A stretch of 64,000 nt of DNA from an uncultured Actinomycetota bacterium (GCA_963791775.1 CAWBTM010000005.1:52943-116942), one strand, 5' to 3'. Numbered from the stretch's first letter, positions 47,416-57,520 are shown. Program-made: numbers and translations. The notes: generated by a model from the sequence alone, not told the origin.

Positions 47416-49116
47416 GTGGTGCGAGTGCCGCAAGGGGTGGACGTCAGACAGGGCGGAGCAGGTACGCAGGGTGGATCGAGTGGGCAGGATGGATCGAGCG
47501 AGCAGGGCGGAACCGGCAAGGTCGAGGTTATCGGCGAGGTGGACGGGCGCGGTCGGGAGATCCTGACCGACGAGGCCCTCGCGTTCGTGGCCGAGCTCCA
47601 GACCCGCTTCGGTCCGCGCCGGGAGGAGTTGCTGGCCCGCCGATCCGTTCGCCGCGCGCAGGTGGCCCGCACCGGGCGCCTGGACTTCCTGCCGGAGACC
47701 AGGCACATCCGGGACGAGCCCGCGTGGCGGGTCAACCTCGCACCGCGTGACCTCCTCGACCGGCGAGTGGAGATCACCGGACCGACCGACCCGAAGATGG
47801 CGGTCAACGCGCTCAACTCCGGCGCCCAGGCCTGGCTGGCCGACCTCGAGGACGCCAACACCCCGCACTGGCACAACGTCGTGAACGGCCAGGTCGTCCT
47901 GGCCGACGCCGTACGCCGGCGGCTCTCCTACACCTCACCGGACGGCAGGGAGTACCGCCTCGACGACGGCCGGCTGGCGACCATCGTCGTGCGGCCCCGC
48001 GGCTGGCACCTGACCGAGCGGCACGTGACCGTCGACGGCCAGCCGGTCGCCGCCGCGCTGGTCGACTTCGGGCTGTACTTCTTCCACAACGCGCACGAGC
48101 TCCTCGGCCGCGGCAGTGGTCCGTACTTCTATCTTCCCAAGCTGGAAAGCCACCTCGAGGCACGGCTGTGGGCCGAGATCTTCGCCTACGCCGAACAACG
48201 GCTGGGCATCCGGCGCGGCAAGATCCGGGCCACCGTGCTGATCGAGACGATCCCGGCGGCGGTGGAGATGGAGGAGATCCTCTACGAGCTCCGCAACTAC
48301 GCTGCGGGCCTGAACGCCGGCCGCTGGGACTATCTGTTCAGCATCATCAAGTACTTCCGCGACGCCGGACCCGACTTCGTGCTGCCGGACCGCAACACGG
48401 TGACGATGACAGCGCCGTTCATGCGCGCCTACACCGACCTGCTGGTGCGGACCTGCCACAAGCGCGGGGCGTTCGCGATCGGCGGCATGGCGGCGTTCGT
48501 ACCCAGCCGGCGCGACTCCGCGGCGAACGAGACGGCGTTCGAACGCGTCTATGCCGACAAGGAACGCGAGGCCAGGGACGGCTTCGACGGGTCCTGGGTG
48601 GCACACCCTGACCTGGTGCCGTTGTGCAACAAGATGTTCGACGTACGCCTCGGTGCCCACCGAAACCAGCTGTCGCAGCTGCGCGAGGACGTGCACGTCA
48701 CCGCCGACGACCTGCTCGACCTCGCGTCCATGCCGGGTGGGGTCACCCTCCGCGGCCTGCGCAACAACGTCGCGGTGGCGCTGCGCTACCTGACCTCCTG
48801 GCTCGGTGGCACCGGCGCGGTGGCGATCTTCCACCTGATGGAGGACGCGGCGACCGCGGAGATCGCGCGGTCCCAGCTGTGGCAATGGATTCACAACCGC
48901 ACCGAGCTCGACACCGGCGAGCAGGTCACGCCGGAGTTGGTGGGTGGCGTGGTCGCCGAGGAGTACGAGCGGCTGCGGGCCGAGGTCGGCGCGCAGGCCG
49001 ACGTCGCAGACCACCTGGACGCCGCGCGGAAACTACTCGAACGCGTCGTGCTCGGCGAGGAGTTCACCGACTTCCTCACCGTTCCGGCGTATGACCTGAT
49101 CGACGGTACGCCCTGA
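47416..49116 (+). CDS. aceB: Malate synthase A
   Basis: DRRVEITGP, ALNSGA, ADLED, VRPRGWHL, GPYFYLPKLE, LNAGRWDYLFS, DGSWVAHP, LMEDAATAEIARSQ; start uncertain. Confidence 0.96.
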   Translation: MVRVPQGVDVRQGGAGTQGGSSGQDGSSEQGGTGKVEVIGEVDGRGREILTDEALAFVAELQTRFGPRREELLARRSVRRAQVARTGRLDFLPETRHIRDEPAWRVNLAPRDLLDRRVEITGPTDPKMAVNALNSGAQAWLADLEDANTPHWHNVVNGQVVLADAVRRRLSYTSPDGREYRLDDGRLATIVVRPRGWHLTERHVTVDGQPVAAALVDFGLYFFHNAHELLGRGSGPYFYLPKLESHLEARLWAEIFAYAEQRLGIRRGKIRATVLIETIPAAVEMEEILYELRNYAAGLNAGRWDYLFSIIKYFRDAGPDFVLPDRNTVTMTAPFMRAYTDLLVRTCHKRGAFAIGGMAAFVPSRRDSAANETAFERVYADKEREARDGFDGSWVAHPDLVPLCNKMFDVRLGAHRNQLSQLREDVHVTADDLLDLASMPGGVTLRGLRNNVAVALRYLTSWLGGTGAVAIFHLMEDAATAEIARSQLWQWIHNRTELDTGEQVTPELVGGVVAEEYERLRAEVGAQADVADHLDAARKLLERVVLGEEFTDFLTVPAYDLIDGTP

Positions 49117-49121
49117 GCGGT

Positions 49122-49147
49122 TCGTAGGAGCCGCACAGCTCCTACGA
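49122..49147 (+). terminator. Short hairpin after aceB
   Basis: TCGTAGGAGC-cgcaca-GCTCCTACGA. Confidence 0.55.
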
Positions 49148-49184
49148 TCTGCACACCTCCACCCACGAAGGCAGGAACACCTCC

Positions 49185-50144
49185 ATGCGCGTCGTCGTCA
49201 TCGGCTCCAGCGGCCACATCGGCTCCTACCTCGTCCCCGCGCTGGCCGACGCCGGGCACGACGTGGTGGCGGTCAGCCGTGGGCAGAGCACGCCCTACCG
49301 TCGCGCCTCGGTGTGGCAGCGGGTGGAGCAGGTGGTCGCCGACCGGCACGCCGAGGATGCCGCCGGTACGTTCGGCAAGCGGATCGCCGACCTGAACGCC
49401 GACGTGGTGATCGACCTGATCTGCTTCGAGCTGTCGTCGGCCCGGCAGTTGGCCGAGGCGTTGCGCGACCGGGTCCAGCACCTGCTGCACTGCGGCACGG
49501 TCTGGGTGCACGGTCCGAGTGTCGAGGTGCCCACGACCGAGAGCACCCCGCGCCGGCCGTTCGGCGACTATGGCGTGAAGAAGGCCGAGATCGAGGCCTA
49601 CCTGCTGAGCGAGGCCCGGCTCGGCCGGCTCCCCGCGACCGTGCTGCACCCCGGGCACATCGTCGGTCCTGGTTGGCGTCCGATCAACCCGGCCGGTCAC
49701 CTCGACCTGGAGGTGTTCGCCGACCTGGCGGCCGGCCGGGAGGTGCTGCTGCCGAACTTCGGTCTGGAGACCCTGCACCACGTGCACGCCGACGATGTGG
49801 CGCGGTCGTTCGTCGCGGCGCTGGAACACCGCAACGCCTCCCTGGGTGAGGCCTTCCACGTCGTCTCTCCGGCCGCGCTGACGTTGCGCGGGTATGCCGA
49901 GGCGGTCGCCGGATGGTACGGCCAGGATGTCAACCTGCGCTTTGCGCCGTACGACGAGTGGAAGTCCACCGTCTCCGCCGACGCCGCCCAGGCGACCTGG
50001 GACCACATCGCGCACAGCCCGAACTGCTCGGTCGCCAAGGGCGCCGCGCTGCTGGACTGGCGGCCGCGGCACACCTCGCTGGAATCGGTGTACGAGGCGC
50101 TGTGCTGGCTCGGTGCGCGCGGCGAAGTCCCGTCACCGGAGTAG
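49185..50144 (+). CDS. NAD-dependent epimerase/dehydratase family protein
   Basis: VIGSSGHIG, YGVKK, HPGHIVGPG, HVHADDVA. Confidence 0.92.
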   Translation: MRVVVIGSSGHIGSYLVPALADAGHDVVAVSRGQSTPYRRASVWQRVEQVVADRHAEDAAGTFGKRIADLNADVVIDLICFELSSARQLAEALRDRVQHLLHCGTVWVHGPSVEVPTTESTPRRPFGDYGVKKAEIEAYLLSEARLGRLPATVLHPGHIVGPGWRPINPAGHLDLEVFADLAAGREVLLPNFGLETLHHVHADDVARSFVAALEHRNASLGEAFHVVSPAALTLRGYAEAVAGWYGQDVNLRFAPYDEWKSTVSADAAQATWDHIAHSPNCSVAKGAALLDWRPRHTSLESVYEALCWLGARGEVPSPE

Positions 50145-50218
50145 GGCACCTGGTGCCCGATCTCCTGCTCTGCAAGGGATCTCGGGAGCGGAGGATCGAT
50201 TCCGGTCGATCCCGGGAA

Positions 50219-51295
50219 TCAGTTCAGGGGTGTGCGCGGCGTCCGGGGCGCTGACTGGTGCCAGCTCTCGGCGTGCCGCGCGGCCCGGTCGCGCAGGCTC
50301 ATCACGTCCGCGAGCCGGTAGCACGCCTGCTCGATCTCGGCGTACGTACGGTTGCGTTCGGCGACCATCGCCGCGAGCAGCAGCGCCGTCAGCGCGGCGG
50401 AGCCGACGAACGCCTGCATGGTGACCATCTTCGCCAGCAGCGTGTCACCGGCGAACGGCCCCGAGCCGTCCTCCGCGGCCGCGATCACCACCAGGGCCGA
50501 GACCAGGACGCAGGGCGCGGCGCCCGCCAGCTGGAACCGCCACGCCGCCCAGAACAGGAACGGGAAGACCAGGAACAACACGTCGAACGGGCTGACCGTG
50601 CCCACCGCTGCGATGGCGAACGTGCCGCCGATCAGCAACCCGGCCTCGAGCGCCCGGCGGGCGCCGACCTTCGCGGGCAACCTGAGCTTGCGCGCCACCA
50701 GCAGGACCGGTGCGACGACGACCACCCCCATGGCGTTGCTGCTCCACGAGATCAGCCAGGTGATCCACAGGTGGTGCGGTGGAAGGGCATGCGCGGCTAT
50801 GAGCACGCCGGTGGTGATCGTGGCGGTCACGGTCATGGCCGCGAACGCGCCCAGGAAGACCAGGGCCAGCGCGTCACGCAGCCGGTCACAGTCGAGCCGG
50901 AACCCGGCCCGGCGCAGCAGGTGGGCGGCGCACAGCGGCGCGAGCGTGCTGCCGACCGCGATCGCCGCCGACGCCACCGGGCTCAGGCCGATGGACAGAT
51001 GGACGAGCAGCGAGCCGACGGCGATTCCGGGCCAGATCCGGTCGCCGAGCAGCAGGATCGCGACCAGGGCCACACCGGCCGCCGGCCACAGCGGGGTCAG
51101 CTGGCGGCGGAGCAGTTCGTCGCGCAGCCCCAGCCAGGCGCCGACGTAATAGAGGAACGCGACGGCGAGGATGGTGAGCGCGGCGACGCAGAGCCGTCGA
51201 GCGGTAAGACCCGACACAGTGGCCAGCGTACGCGCGCCGCCTGGGTACACCACGGCCGCGGCGCGGTGCCGTACTTGCCCCGATCCGGCGCCCAT
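50219..51295 (-). CDS. Stand-alone MASE1 membrane sensor protein
   Basis: PLWPAAGVALVAILLLG..IWPGIAVG, SNAMGVVVVAP, FPFLFWAAWRF; no output domain; start uncertain. Confidence 0.85.
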   Translation of the reverse strand: MGAGSGQVRHRAAAVVYPGGARTLATVSGLTARRLCVAALTILAVAFLYYVGAWLGLRDELLRRQLTPLWPAAGVALVAILLLGDRIWPGIAVGSLLVHLSIGLSPVASAAIAVGSTLAPLCAAHLLRRAGFRLDCDRLRDALALVFLGAFAAMTVTATITTGVLIAAHALPPHHLWITWLISWSSNAMGVVVVAPVLLVARKLRLPAKVGARRALEAGLLIGGTFAIAAVGTVSPFDVLFLVFPFLFWAAWRFQLAGAAPCVLVSALVVIAAAEDGSGPFAGDTLLAKMVTMQAFVGSAALTALLLAAMVAERNRTYAEIEQACYRLADVMSLRDRAARHAESWHQSAPRTPRTPLN

Positions 51296-51516
51296 GCCCG
51301 ATCGGTCCTTCTTTGCAAGGGAAAAACATCGGTGGTGCATCGCTGCCAAGCAAAGGTTGACAGCAGGTCGAACGCCGGGCGGGACCGGGCCGGAGGACAC
51401 CAATGGCAGCCGGGCACGCGGACGGGCCGTCTCCTCGTGGCGGCCGCACGGTCGGCCCGGAATGATCACCCGGTCGGCGGGAAAGGAGTTTGCCTGGGTA
51501 AAGAAACCGCGGAGCC

Positions 51517-53088
51517 GTGTGGGCGACGGTGACGCAGAATCGTCTGGGCGGTCGGCCGGCGGGGCCACGGGGTGCGGGCAGGGGACAGCATGCTTCTCAG
51601 CAGTTGTCGGGACCGGCCGTGACCAGCGTCTCCCCGCCGGCCTCCGGTCAGGTCGCGCGGCTGGTCGCCGGCCACCGGGGGCTGGACGGAATTCGCCGGG
51701 CGGTCACCGACCCGTTCGCCTACGGCGCGGCGCCGCTGTTGGCCCACTGCCTTCCGCACGGATCCCGGCTGGTGGCTCCGCGGCTGCTGCGGACCAGGTA
51801 TGCCCCGGGACGTGAGCTCGCCGCGTACTACGCGTTCGCCCCGGGCCGTAACCAGTCCAGCCCGCGGCACCTCGCGCTCACCTGGTCGACCCAGCCAGCC
51901 GACCTCGCGGCGACCGCCGTACTGGAGCGGGAGGCCGAGGTCCGCGGCCTGGTGGAACCGTTCGAACGGCTGGTCGCGGCGTCGGAGGACGGCTGCCTGA
52001 CGCTGGTCATCGCACCGATCGACCCGGCGTTCCCCCGGCTGGTACGCCACTACGAGTCCGGGTACGTGACGGCGACGGCGGCGAGCCTGGCGGGCGTACG
52101 GCCGGGCGCGGACCGCGAGGTGCGCGCACTGCGCTATCGCCCCGGCAGTCGGCACGTCCTGCGGGTCCGCACCAGTGCCGAGGACAGCGCCATCGTCAAG
52201 CTCTACCGCGACGACACCGGCGCCCGGACCGTCGCGGTGGCTGCGGCGATGGACGCGCTGCTCCCGGCGGCCGTGCCCGGGATCCGGCCGGCCCGGGCGC
52301 TCGGCTACGTACCGGCCGACCGGGCGGCCTGGTGGGCGGAGGAGCCAGGTGAGCCCCTGTGGCGGCGGCTGCCCGACGTGGAGGCGGGTCCGCTGCTGCG
52401 CACCGTCGGCCGGGCTCTGCGCGTACTGCACGACACCGACCCGTCGGCGTTCACCTCCTCGCTGCCGTCGGCGTACGCGCCGTCCCCGGCGCACCTCCCG
52501 GCGCATGGTGCGGACGCCGAACTCGCCGCGACCACCCGGACGGCCGAGCACATCCAGGGCCTGCTGCCCAGGGTCGGTGGCCGGCTGCGCGAGGTCGTGG
52601 CCCGGATCGGTGACGGCCTCGCCGCCCGGCCGGTGGAGCCGCCGACCCTGACCCACGGCGACCTCACCTGTGACAACCTGCTGGCCACCCGGGACCAGGT
52701 GCGGCTGATCGACCTGGACCGGACCGGGTTCGCCGAGCCCGCGCTCGACCTCGGGAAGTTCGTCGCGGACCTGTGGTGGTGGTGCGCCGAGCTCGGCCTG
52801 CCCGCCGGGCCGGCGGTGACGGCGTTCGTCGACGGGTACGGCGACTGCGACCGCAACCGGCTCGCCCGCGCGCATGGCCTGGCCGTGCTGTTCCACCTCG
52901 CGCTGGCCGCCCGACGGGTGCCGGTGCACCACCCCGAGTGGGCGCGTCAGGTCGCGCGGGCGGTACGCCAGGCAGAGGAGGCGGTGGCCGGCGGCGGGAC
53001 GGGAGTGTCCGGCGGTGGGGCCATGCCGCGGGTGCCCCGCCAGCGCCGCCCGAACGCCGGTGAGTCCGGCTCCGAGGGTTCGCGATGA
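51517..53088 (+). CDS. APH-like phosphotransferase
   Basis: DPAFPRL, LRYRPGSRHVLR, IVKLY, LRVLH, THGDLTCDNLL, LIDLD, EPALDLG; start uncertain. Confidence 0.85.
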   Translation: MWATVTQNRLGGRPAGPRGAGRGQHASQQLSGPAVTSVSPPASGQVARLVAGHRGLDGIRRAVTDPFAYGAAPLLAHCLPHGSRLVAPRLLRTRYAPGRELAAYYAFAPGRNQSSPRHLALTWSTQPADLAATAVLEREAEVRGLVEPFERLVAASEDGCLTLVIAPIDPAFPRLVRHYESGYVTATAASLAGVRPGADREVRALRYRPGSRHVLRVRTSAEDSAIVKLYRDDTGARTVAVAAAMDALLPAAVPGIRPARALGYVPADRAAWWAEEPGEPLWRRLPDVEAGPLLRTVGRALRVLHDTDPSAFTSSLPSAYAPSPAHLPAHGADAELAATTRTAEHIQGLLPRVGGRLREVVARIGDGLAARPVEPPTLTHGDLTCDNLLATRDQVRLIDLDRTGFAEPALDLGKFVADLWWWCAELGLPAGPAVTAFVDGYGDCDRNRLARAHGLAVLFHLALAARRVPVHHPEWARQVARAVRQAEEAVAGGGTGVSGGGAMPRVPRQRRPNAGESGSEGSR

Positions 53089-55385
53089 CCGAGCGCGGGC
53101 GCGGGGGAGAGCTGCCGAGGCCGATGCCGGTGCCGGTGCCGGCCGAGCTCGACCCGGCGCTGCCGCTGCTGGCCGAGACGATGGCGGCGGCGAGCAGTAC
53201 GCCGGGTTGGACGTTGCACGACGTGTGCTGGACGCCGGGCCACCGCTGCGCGCTCACCTACCGCGCACCTGCTGACGATCAGAAAGGCCAGGGAGGCCAG
53301 GGAGGCCAGGGAGGCCAGGGAGGTTCGGCCGGCGCCGGCACCTTCGTGGTGTGGGAGGTGACGCCGCTCGGCGTGGACCGCCGCGACTTCCGTGCCGACC
53401 CGTACCTGCCCGGCCTGGCCCGGGCCGCGGACCCCGGCGTGGTGAGCGACCTGCTGTCCACCCCGTTGGGTACGCACCTTGAGACCGGGCCCAGCCGGTT
53501 GCGAACCTGCGTGGTGGAGCCGGTCCGCTACCGGCCCGGCCGGCAGGCCGTCCTGCGCTACCGGCTGACCACGGAGTCCGGCGCGCCGCGGATCCTGTAC
53601 GCCCGGGTGGGTGCGGCTGCCGCGGACCCGGCGGTCCAGGAGGTGACGGCGGCGCTGGCCGATCTCCCGGACCGTCCGCTGCTTCCCCCGCTGGTGGCGA
53701 GGTGGCCGGAGTACGCCGCGCTCGTGCACGAGGCGGCGCAGGGACGCCCGCTGTCCGCCGTACTCCGGGACGCAGACGTCCCCGCCCGGGTGCGGGTGCG
53801 GTCGGCGTACCGGCTGGGAACCCTGCTCGCCCGCGTACACCTGCAGACCGTGCCCGCGCCCATCCGGTCCGGCGGCGACGTCCTGCGTGACGTGGCGGCG
53901 TCGCTGCCCGCCGCGGAGCACGCCGACCCGGAGGTGGCGCGGCGGCTCGCGACCGTGCTCGACCGGCTCGGCGCCTGGGTACCCGCGAACGGTCACCTGG
54001 TCCTCACCGCCGGCGACCTTGCGCCCGGCCTCGTCCTCGCCGACCGCAACCGGCTCACGCTGCTGGACCTGCCCGGCCCGGCACACGCCCCGGCCGAGGC
54101 CGACCTGGGCAGCGTGCTCGCCCGGCTGCTGTGGCAGTGGCTCTGCCACCCCGACCAGCGGCCGGTGCTGGAGGCGGCCGGTCGCGCGTTCGTCGCGGGG
54201 TACGAGCGCCGGGCCGGCCGGATCGATCCGGAGGCGCTGCTGTGGTGGCGGAGCCTGCGGCTGGCGGCGTTCGCGCTCGGCCGCTACACCCGGCTGGACA
54301 CCGCGAGCTGGAGCCAGGTGGCGGGACTGACCGACTGCCTGGACCGGCTGGTCTCGGCGCTGCCGACCCGGGTCGCCGCACCTCTGGCCGCCCATCTGCT
54401 GGACCGGCGCGCGGTCGACGAGGCGCTGCGCCCGCACCTCGCGAAGGTGGCCGCGGAGCCGGCCGCGCTGCAGGTGACGGCCGCCCGGCTGGTCCACCAC
54501 GTCCCCGGGCGCCACACCGTCGTGCGCTACACCGTGCGCGGACTGCTGCCCGGAGGCGGGCCGGCCGAGGTGGTGGGCAAGCTGTTCGCCCAGCCGTTCC
54601 GCGCCGTCCTCGCCGAGACCAACCTGCGGGCGCTCACCGACGGGCCGTTCAAGACCGGGCCGCTGCGGGTGCCCGAACCTCTGCCGGCGCCGGTCGAGCG
54701 CGGCCTGGTGCTCTACCGGCACTGCTCCGGAACGCCGCTGGACCAGCTGGACGGAGACGCCGCGGTCGCAGGAGTACGCGCCGCCGCCCGCTGGCTGGCC
54801 CGGCTGCACGGCAGCGACGTCGTACTCCCGCGCCGGCTCGACCTCGCCGCCGAGACCGCCCGCTGCCGGCGGTGGGCCGGTGCGCTCGCCGACCGGGAGC
54901 CCGGCCTGCACGCCCTCGCCTGGCGGCTCGCCGACAGCTGGGCGGTCGCGGTGGAGACCGCGCTGGCCGGCTCGCCCGACGGTGACGTACCGGCGCACGT
55001 ACCGAGCTCCGTGCCGATCCACCGAGACTTCCGAGCCGCGCACGTGCTGGTGGGTGAGTCGGTGACGGTGCTGGACCTGGACGACGCCCGGATGGGCGAC
55101 CCGGCGTTCGACGTGGCGCAGTTCTGCGCCCACCTCGAGGCCGGCGTCGACCCGGCGCGGGCGGCCGCGCTGCGGCGGGCGTTCCTGCACGAGTACGCCG
55201 CCGCGGCCAGCCGGCCCTATGCCGGCCGCACCGCGTTGTTCGGTGCGTACGCCTGGCTTCGGATCGCCCGGAACCTCGCCCTGGGCAACGGGCCGCTGCC
55301 GCCCACCGACGGGCGGGGGCGCGTCCGCGCGGCGGCCCGGGCGCTGCAGCGCGGCCTGGCCTGCCTGGACGGCACCACCCCCTGA
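53085..55385 (+). CDS. Tandem two-domain APH-like phosphotransferase
   Basis: Domain 1 DPYLPGL, RYRPGRQAVLRY, TAGDLAPGLVL; domain 2 HHVPGRHTVVRY, VGKLF, IHRDFRAAHVL, LDLDD, DPAFDVA. Confidence 0.82.
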   Translation: MTERGRGGELPRPMPVPVPAELDPALPLLAETMAAASSTPGWTLHDVCWTPGHRCALTYRAPADDQKGQGGQGGQGGQGGSAGAGTFVVWEVTPLGVDRRDFRADPYLPGLARAADPGVVSDLLSTPLGTHLETGPSRLRTCVVEPVRYRPGRQAVLRYRLTTESGAPRILYARVGAAAADPAVQEVTAALADLPDRPLLPPLVARWPEYAALVHEAAQGRPLSAVLRDADVPARVRVRSAYRLGTLLARVHLQTVPAPIRSGGDVLRDVAASLPAAEHADPEVARRLATVLDRLGAWVPANGHLVLTAGDLAPGLVLADRNRLTLLDLPGPAHAPAEADLGSVLARLLWQWLCHPDQRPVLEAAGRAFVAGYERRAGRIDPEALLWWRSLRLAAFALGRYTRLDTASWSQVAGLTDCLDRLVSALPTRVAAPLAAHLLDRRAVDEALRPHLAKVAAEPAALQVTAARLVHHVPGRHTVVRYTVRGLLPGGGPAEVVGKLFAQPFRAVLAETNLRALTDGPFKTGPLRVPEPLPAPVERGLVLYRHCSGTPLDQLDGDAAVAGVRAAARWLARLHGSDVVLPRRLDLAAETARCRRWAGALADREPGLHALAWRLADSWAVAVETALAGSPDGDVPAHVPSSVPIHRDFRAAHVLVGESVTVLDLDDARMGDPAFDVAQFCAHLEAGVDPARAAALRRAFLHEYAAAASRPYAGRTALFGAYAWLRIARNLALGNGPLPPTDGRGRVRAAARALQRGLACLDGTTP

Positions 55386-55490
55386 GTGAGATGTCGCCCT
55401 TGAGGAGCCGCCGCGGGACACACCGGCGTACGGGAACATCGGCCGCCGGCGGGTGGTTGTCGGCGCAAAAGAGCGAACCGGAGGGCACCC

Positions 55491-55946
55491 ATGAGTGACG
55501 GCAGCGACACCAACGAGACGAAGAGCTGGAACGAACGCATCATCGAGGAGTTCCGGGCGAACGACGGGAAGGTCGGCGGGCCGTTCGAGGGTGGGACCCT
55601 GCTGCTGCTCACCACGACCGGCGCGAAGTCCGGGAAGTCCTCCATCTCGCCGCTGATGTATCTCGCCGACGGCGACCGGGTGCTGATCTTCGGGTCGTAC
55701 GCCGGCGGCCCCAAGCACCCGGCGTGGTATCACAACCTGCGCGCCAACCCGCGCGCCACGGTCGAGATCGGCACCCGGACCTACGACGTGACCGCCGAGG
55801 AGGTGACCGGCGCCGAACGCGACGAGCTGTACGCGCGCCAGGTCGCGGTGGCCCCGGGCTTCGGGGAGTACCAGGAGAAGACCGACCGGACCATCCCCGT
55901 GGTGGCGCTGCGTCCGGCCGGCGCAGAGAAATTCGACCTGGACTGA
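55491..55946 (+). CDS. F420-dependent nitroreductase (DDN) family oxidoreductase
   Basis: IIEEFRANDGKVGG, LLLTTTGAKSG, HPAWYHNLRANP, YQEKTDRTIPVV. Confidence 0.94.
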   Translation: MSDGSDTNETKSWNERIIEEFRANDGKVGGPFEGGTLLLLTTTGAKSGKSSISPLMYLADGDRVLIFGSYAGGPKHPAWYHNLRANPRATVEIGTRTYDVTAEEVTGAERDELYARQVAVAPGFGEYQEKTDRTIPVVALRPAGAEKFDLD

Positions 55947-55985
55947 CCGGCTGAGGGGCGTTCCGCCCACCCCGCGGTGGAAGGA

Positions 55986-56930
55986 CTACCCGCCCTGTCC
56001 GGCCCGCCGGAAGAACGACAGCACGAACGACGCGGTGGCCCGCACCGGCTCGCCCAGCCGGCCCAGCTCGGCCAGCCGGGCGCGCTGGTCGCCCCGGTCG
56101 AGGTGGTGCGCGTTCGGTCCCATCGCGACGACACGGCGTACGTCGTCGGGGGAAAGGGTCAGCCCGACAACGCAGGTCTCGCGTACGGCAGGTTCGAACT
56201 CCCCGGCCAGTGACGAGTCCAGCTGTTCCAGCTTGCCCTCGTGCACCTCCAGCATCGCCACCAGCGTGCGCAGCTCGGCCAGGTGCCCGGCCGTCGGCGT
56301 CACCACCGCGAGCAACCCGCCAGGGTGCAGGACCCGGGCGAACTCCGCGGGGTTGCGCGGCGCGAACACGTTCAGCACCACCGAGGCCGAACCGTCCGCC
56401 AGCGGCCAGGGCTGCCAGATGTCCCAGCCGACCGCCCCGGCGCGCTCGTGCGAACGGGCGGCGCGGCGCAGTCCGGCGACGGACGCGTCCAGGGCGAGAC
56501 CGGTGGCGGCCGGGAGCCGGTCGAGGACGGCGCCGAGGTAGTAACCGGTCCCGGCGCCGGCGTCGACCACCAGCCCGCCACCCCGGTAGGCAGGCAAGTC
56601 GACAGGCGAGTCGGCAGGCAAGTCGACAGGCAAGTCGACAGGCAGCAGCGCGGCCAGGCGTTCGGCCAGGCACCGTGCCATCGGTGCGTAGTGGCCCGCG
56701 ACGAGGAACTCCGCCCGGGCGGTGGCCATGTCGGCGGAGTCGGCCAGCGGCGGCCGGGACCGCGCGCTCAGCAGGTTGACGTATCCCTGGCGGGCGACGT
56801 CGAAGCTGTGCTGCTGCGCACAGCGCAGAACGCCCGGTGCGCGGGTCAGTGAACTACCGCACACCGGGCAACGCAGTGCGTCGACGACGGCCGGCGGCGG
56901 GTCTTCGCGCGCCGGCCCGCCGCCGCTCAG
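55986..56930 (-). CDS. RlmA-type 23S rRNA m1G methyltransferase-like protein; start codon unclear
   Basis: LRCPVCG...C.QQHSFDVARQGYVNLL, AR.EFL.AGHY, DAGAGTGYY, VFAPRN..EF, MGPNAHH. Confidence 0.85.
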   Translation of the reverse strand: MSGGGPAREDPPPAVVDALRCPVCGSSLTRAPGVLRCAQQHSFDVARQGYVNLLSARSRPPLADSADMATARAEFLVAGHYAPMARCLAERLAALLPVDLPVDLPADSPVDLPAYRGGGLVVDAGAGTGYYLGAVLDRLPAATGLALDASVAGLRRAARSHERAGAVGWDIWQPWPLADGSASVVLNVFAPRNPAEFARVLHPGGLLAVVTPTAGHLAELRTLVAMLEVHEGKLEQLDSSLAGEFEPAVRETCVVGLTLSPDDVRRVVAMGPNAHHLDRGDQRARLAELGRLGEPVRATASFVLSFFRRAGQGG

Positions 56931-57388
56931 GGCGTTGGCCGGTCGACCCCGCCCCGCCATTCGCCGGTCTCGGTGCCCCGGGACTCGATCCATTCCTTGT
57001 ACTTTGCCAGGTCGGTCTGCACCTGGCGGTCGACGAGTCCGAGCTTCTCCCCGGCCTTCTCCACCAGGCCGTCGGGCTCGATGTCGATCTGGACCATCAC
57101 CTTGGTGCGGTTCTCCTGGATGCGGTGGAACGTCACCACACCGGACTGCTTGGGCGAACCCTGCTCGGTGGTCCACGCCACCCGCTCGTCCGGAATCTGC
57201 TCGGTGATGCGGGTGTCGAACTCGCGGCGGACCCCACCGATGTTGGTGACCCAGTGGTTGCGGACGTCGTCGAGCTGGGTGATCTTCTCCACACCGGACA
57301 TGAAGCGGGGGAAGTCCTCGAACTGCGTCCACTGGTTGTAGGCGGTCCGAATCGGAACGTCGACCTCGATCGATTGTTCGCTGGCCAT
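56927..57388 (-). CDS. SRPBCC / polyketide cyclase family protein
   Basis: SIEVDVPIRTAYNQWTQFEDFPRFM, EQIPDERVAW, ETGEWRG. Confidence 0.93.
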   Translation of the reverse strand: MASEQSIEVDVPIRTAYNQWTQFEDFPRFMSGVEKITQLDDVRNHWVTNIGGVRREFDTRITEQIPDERVAWTTEQGSPKQSGVVTFHRIQENRTKVMVQIDIEPDGLVEKAGEKLGLVDRQVQTDLAKYKEWIESRGTETGEWRGGVDRPTP

Positions 57389-57442
57389 GTCAGCCTCCTC
57401 GTTACCGGCATTCGTTCAGTACTAATCTCCGGTACTCAGGGC

Positions 57443-57467
57443 CTGCCCCAGGATCGGCCGGACAAAC
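57443..57467 (-). promoter_or_regulatory. SigB/SigF-type promoter for the SRPBCC gene
   Basis: Minus strand GTTT-N15-GGGCAG. Confidence 0.45.
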
Positions 57468-57520
57468 CCGGCCTGCCTGGCGAACACGGTGGTCGGTTCG
57501 CCCCGTTAGGGTGCGTGCAG

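Noticed and set aside
51517-55385. Aminoglycoside resistance genes
   Set aside because: APH fold only; size and extra domains differ from known resistance APHs
52947-55970. 1007-aa minus-strand ORF, and many similar long antisense ORFs (e.g. 27078-29033, 14221-15876, 37941-39620)
   Set aside because: Shadow frames of real genes in high-GC DNA; no recognisable motifs
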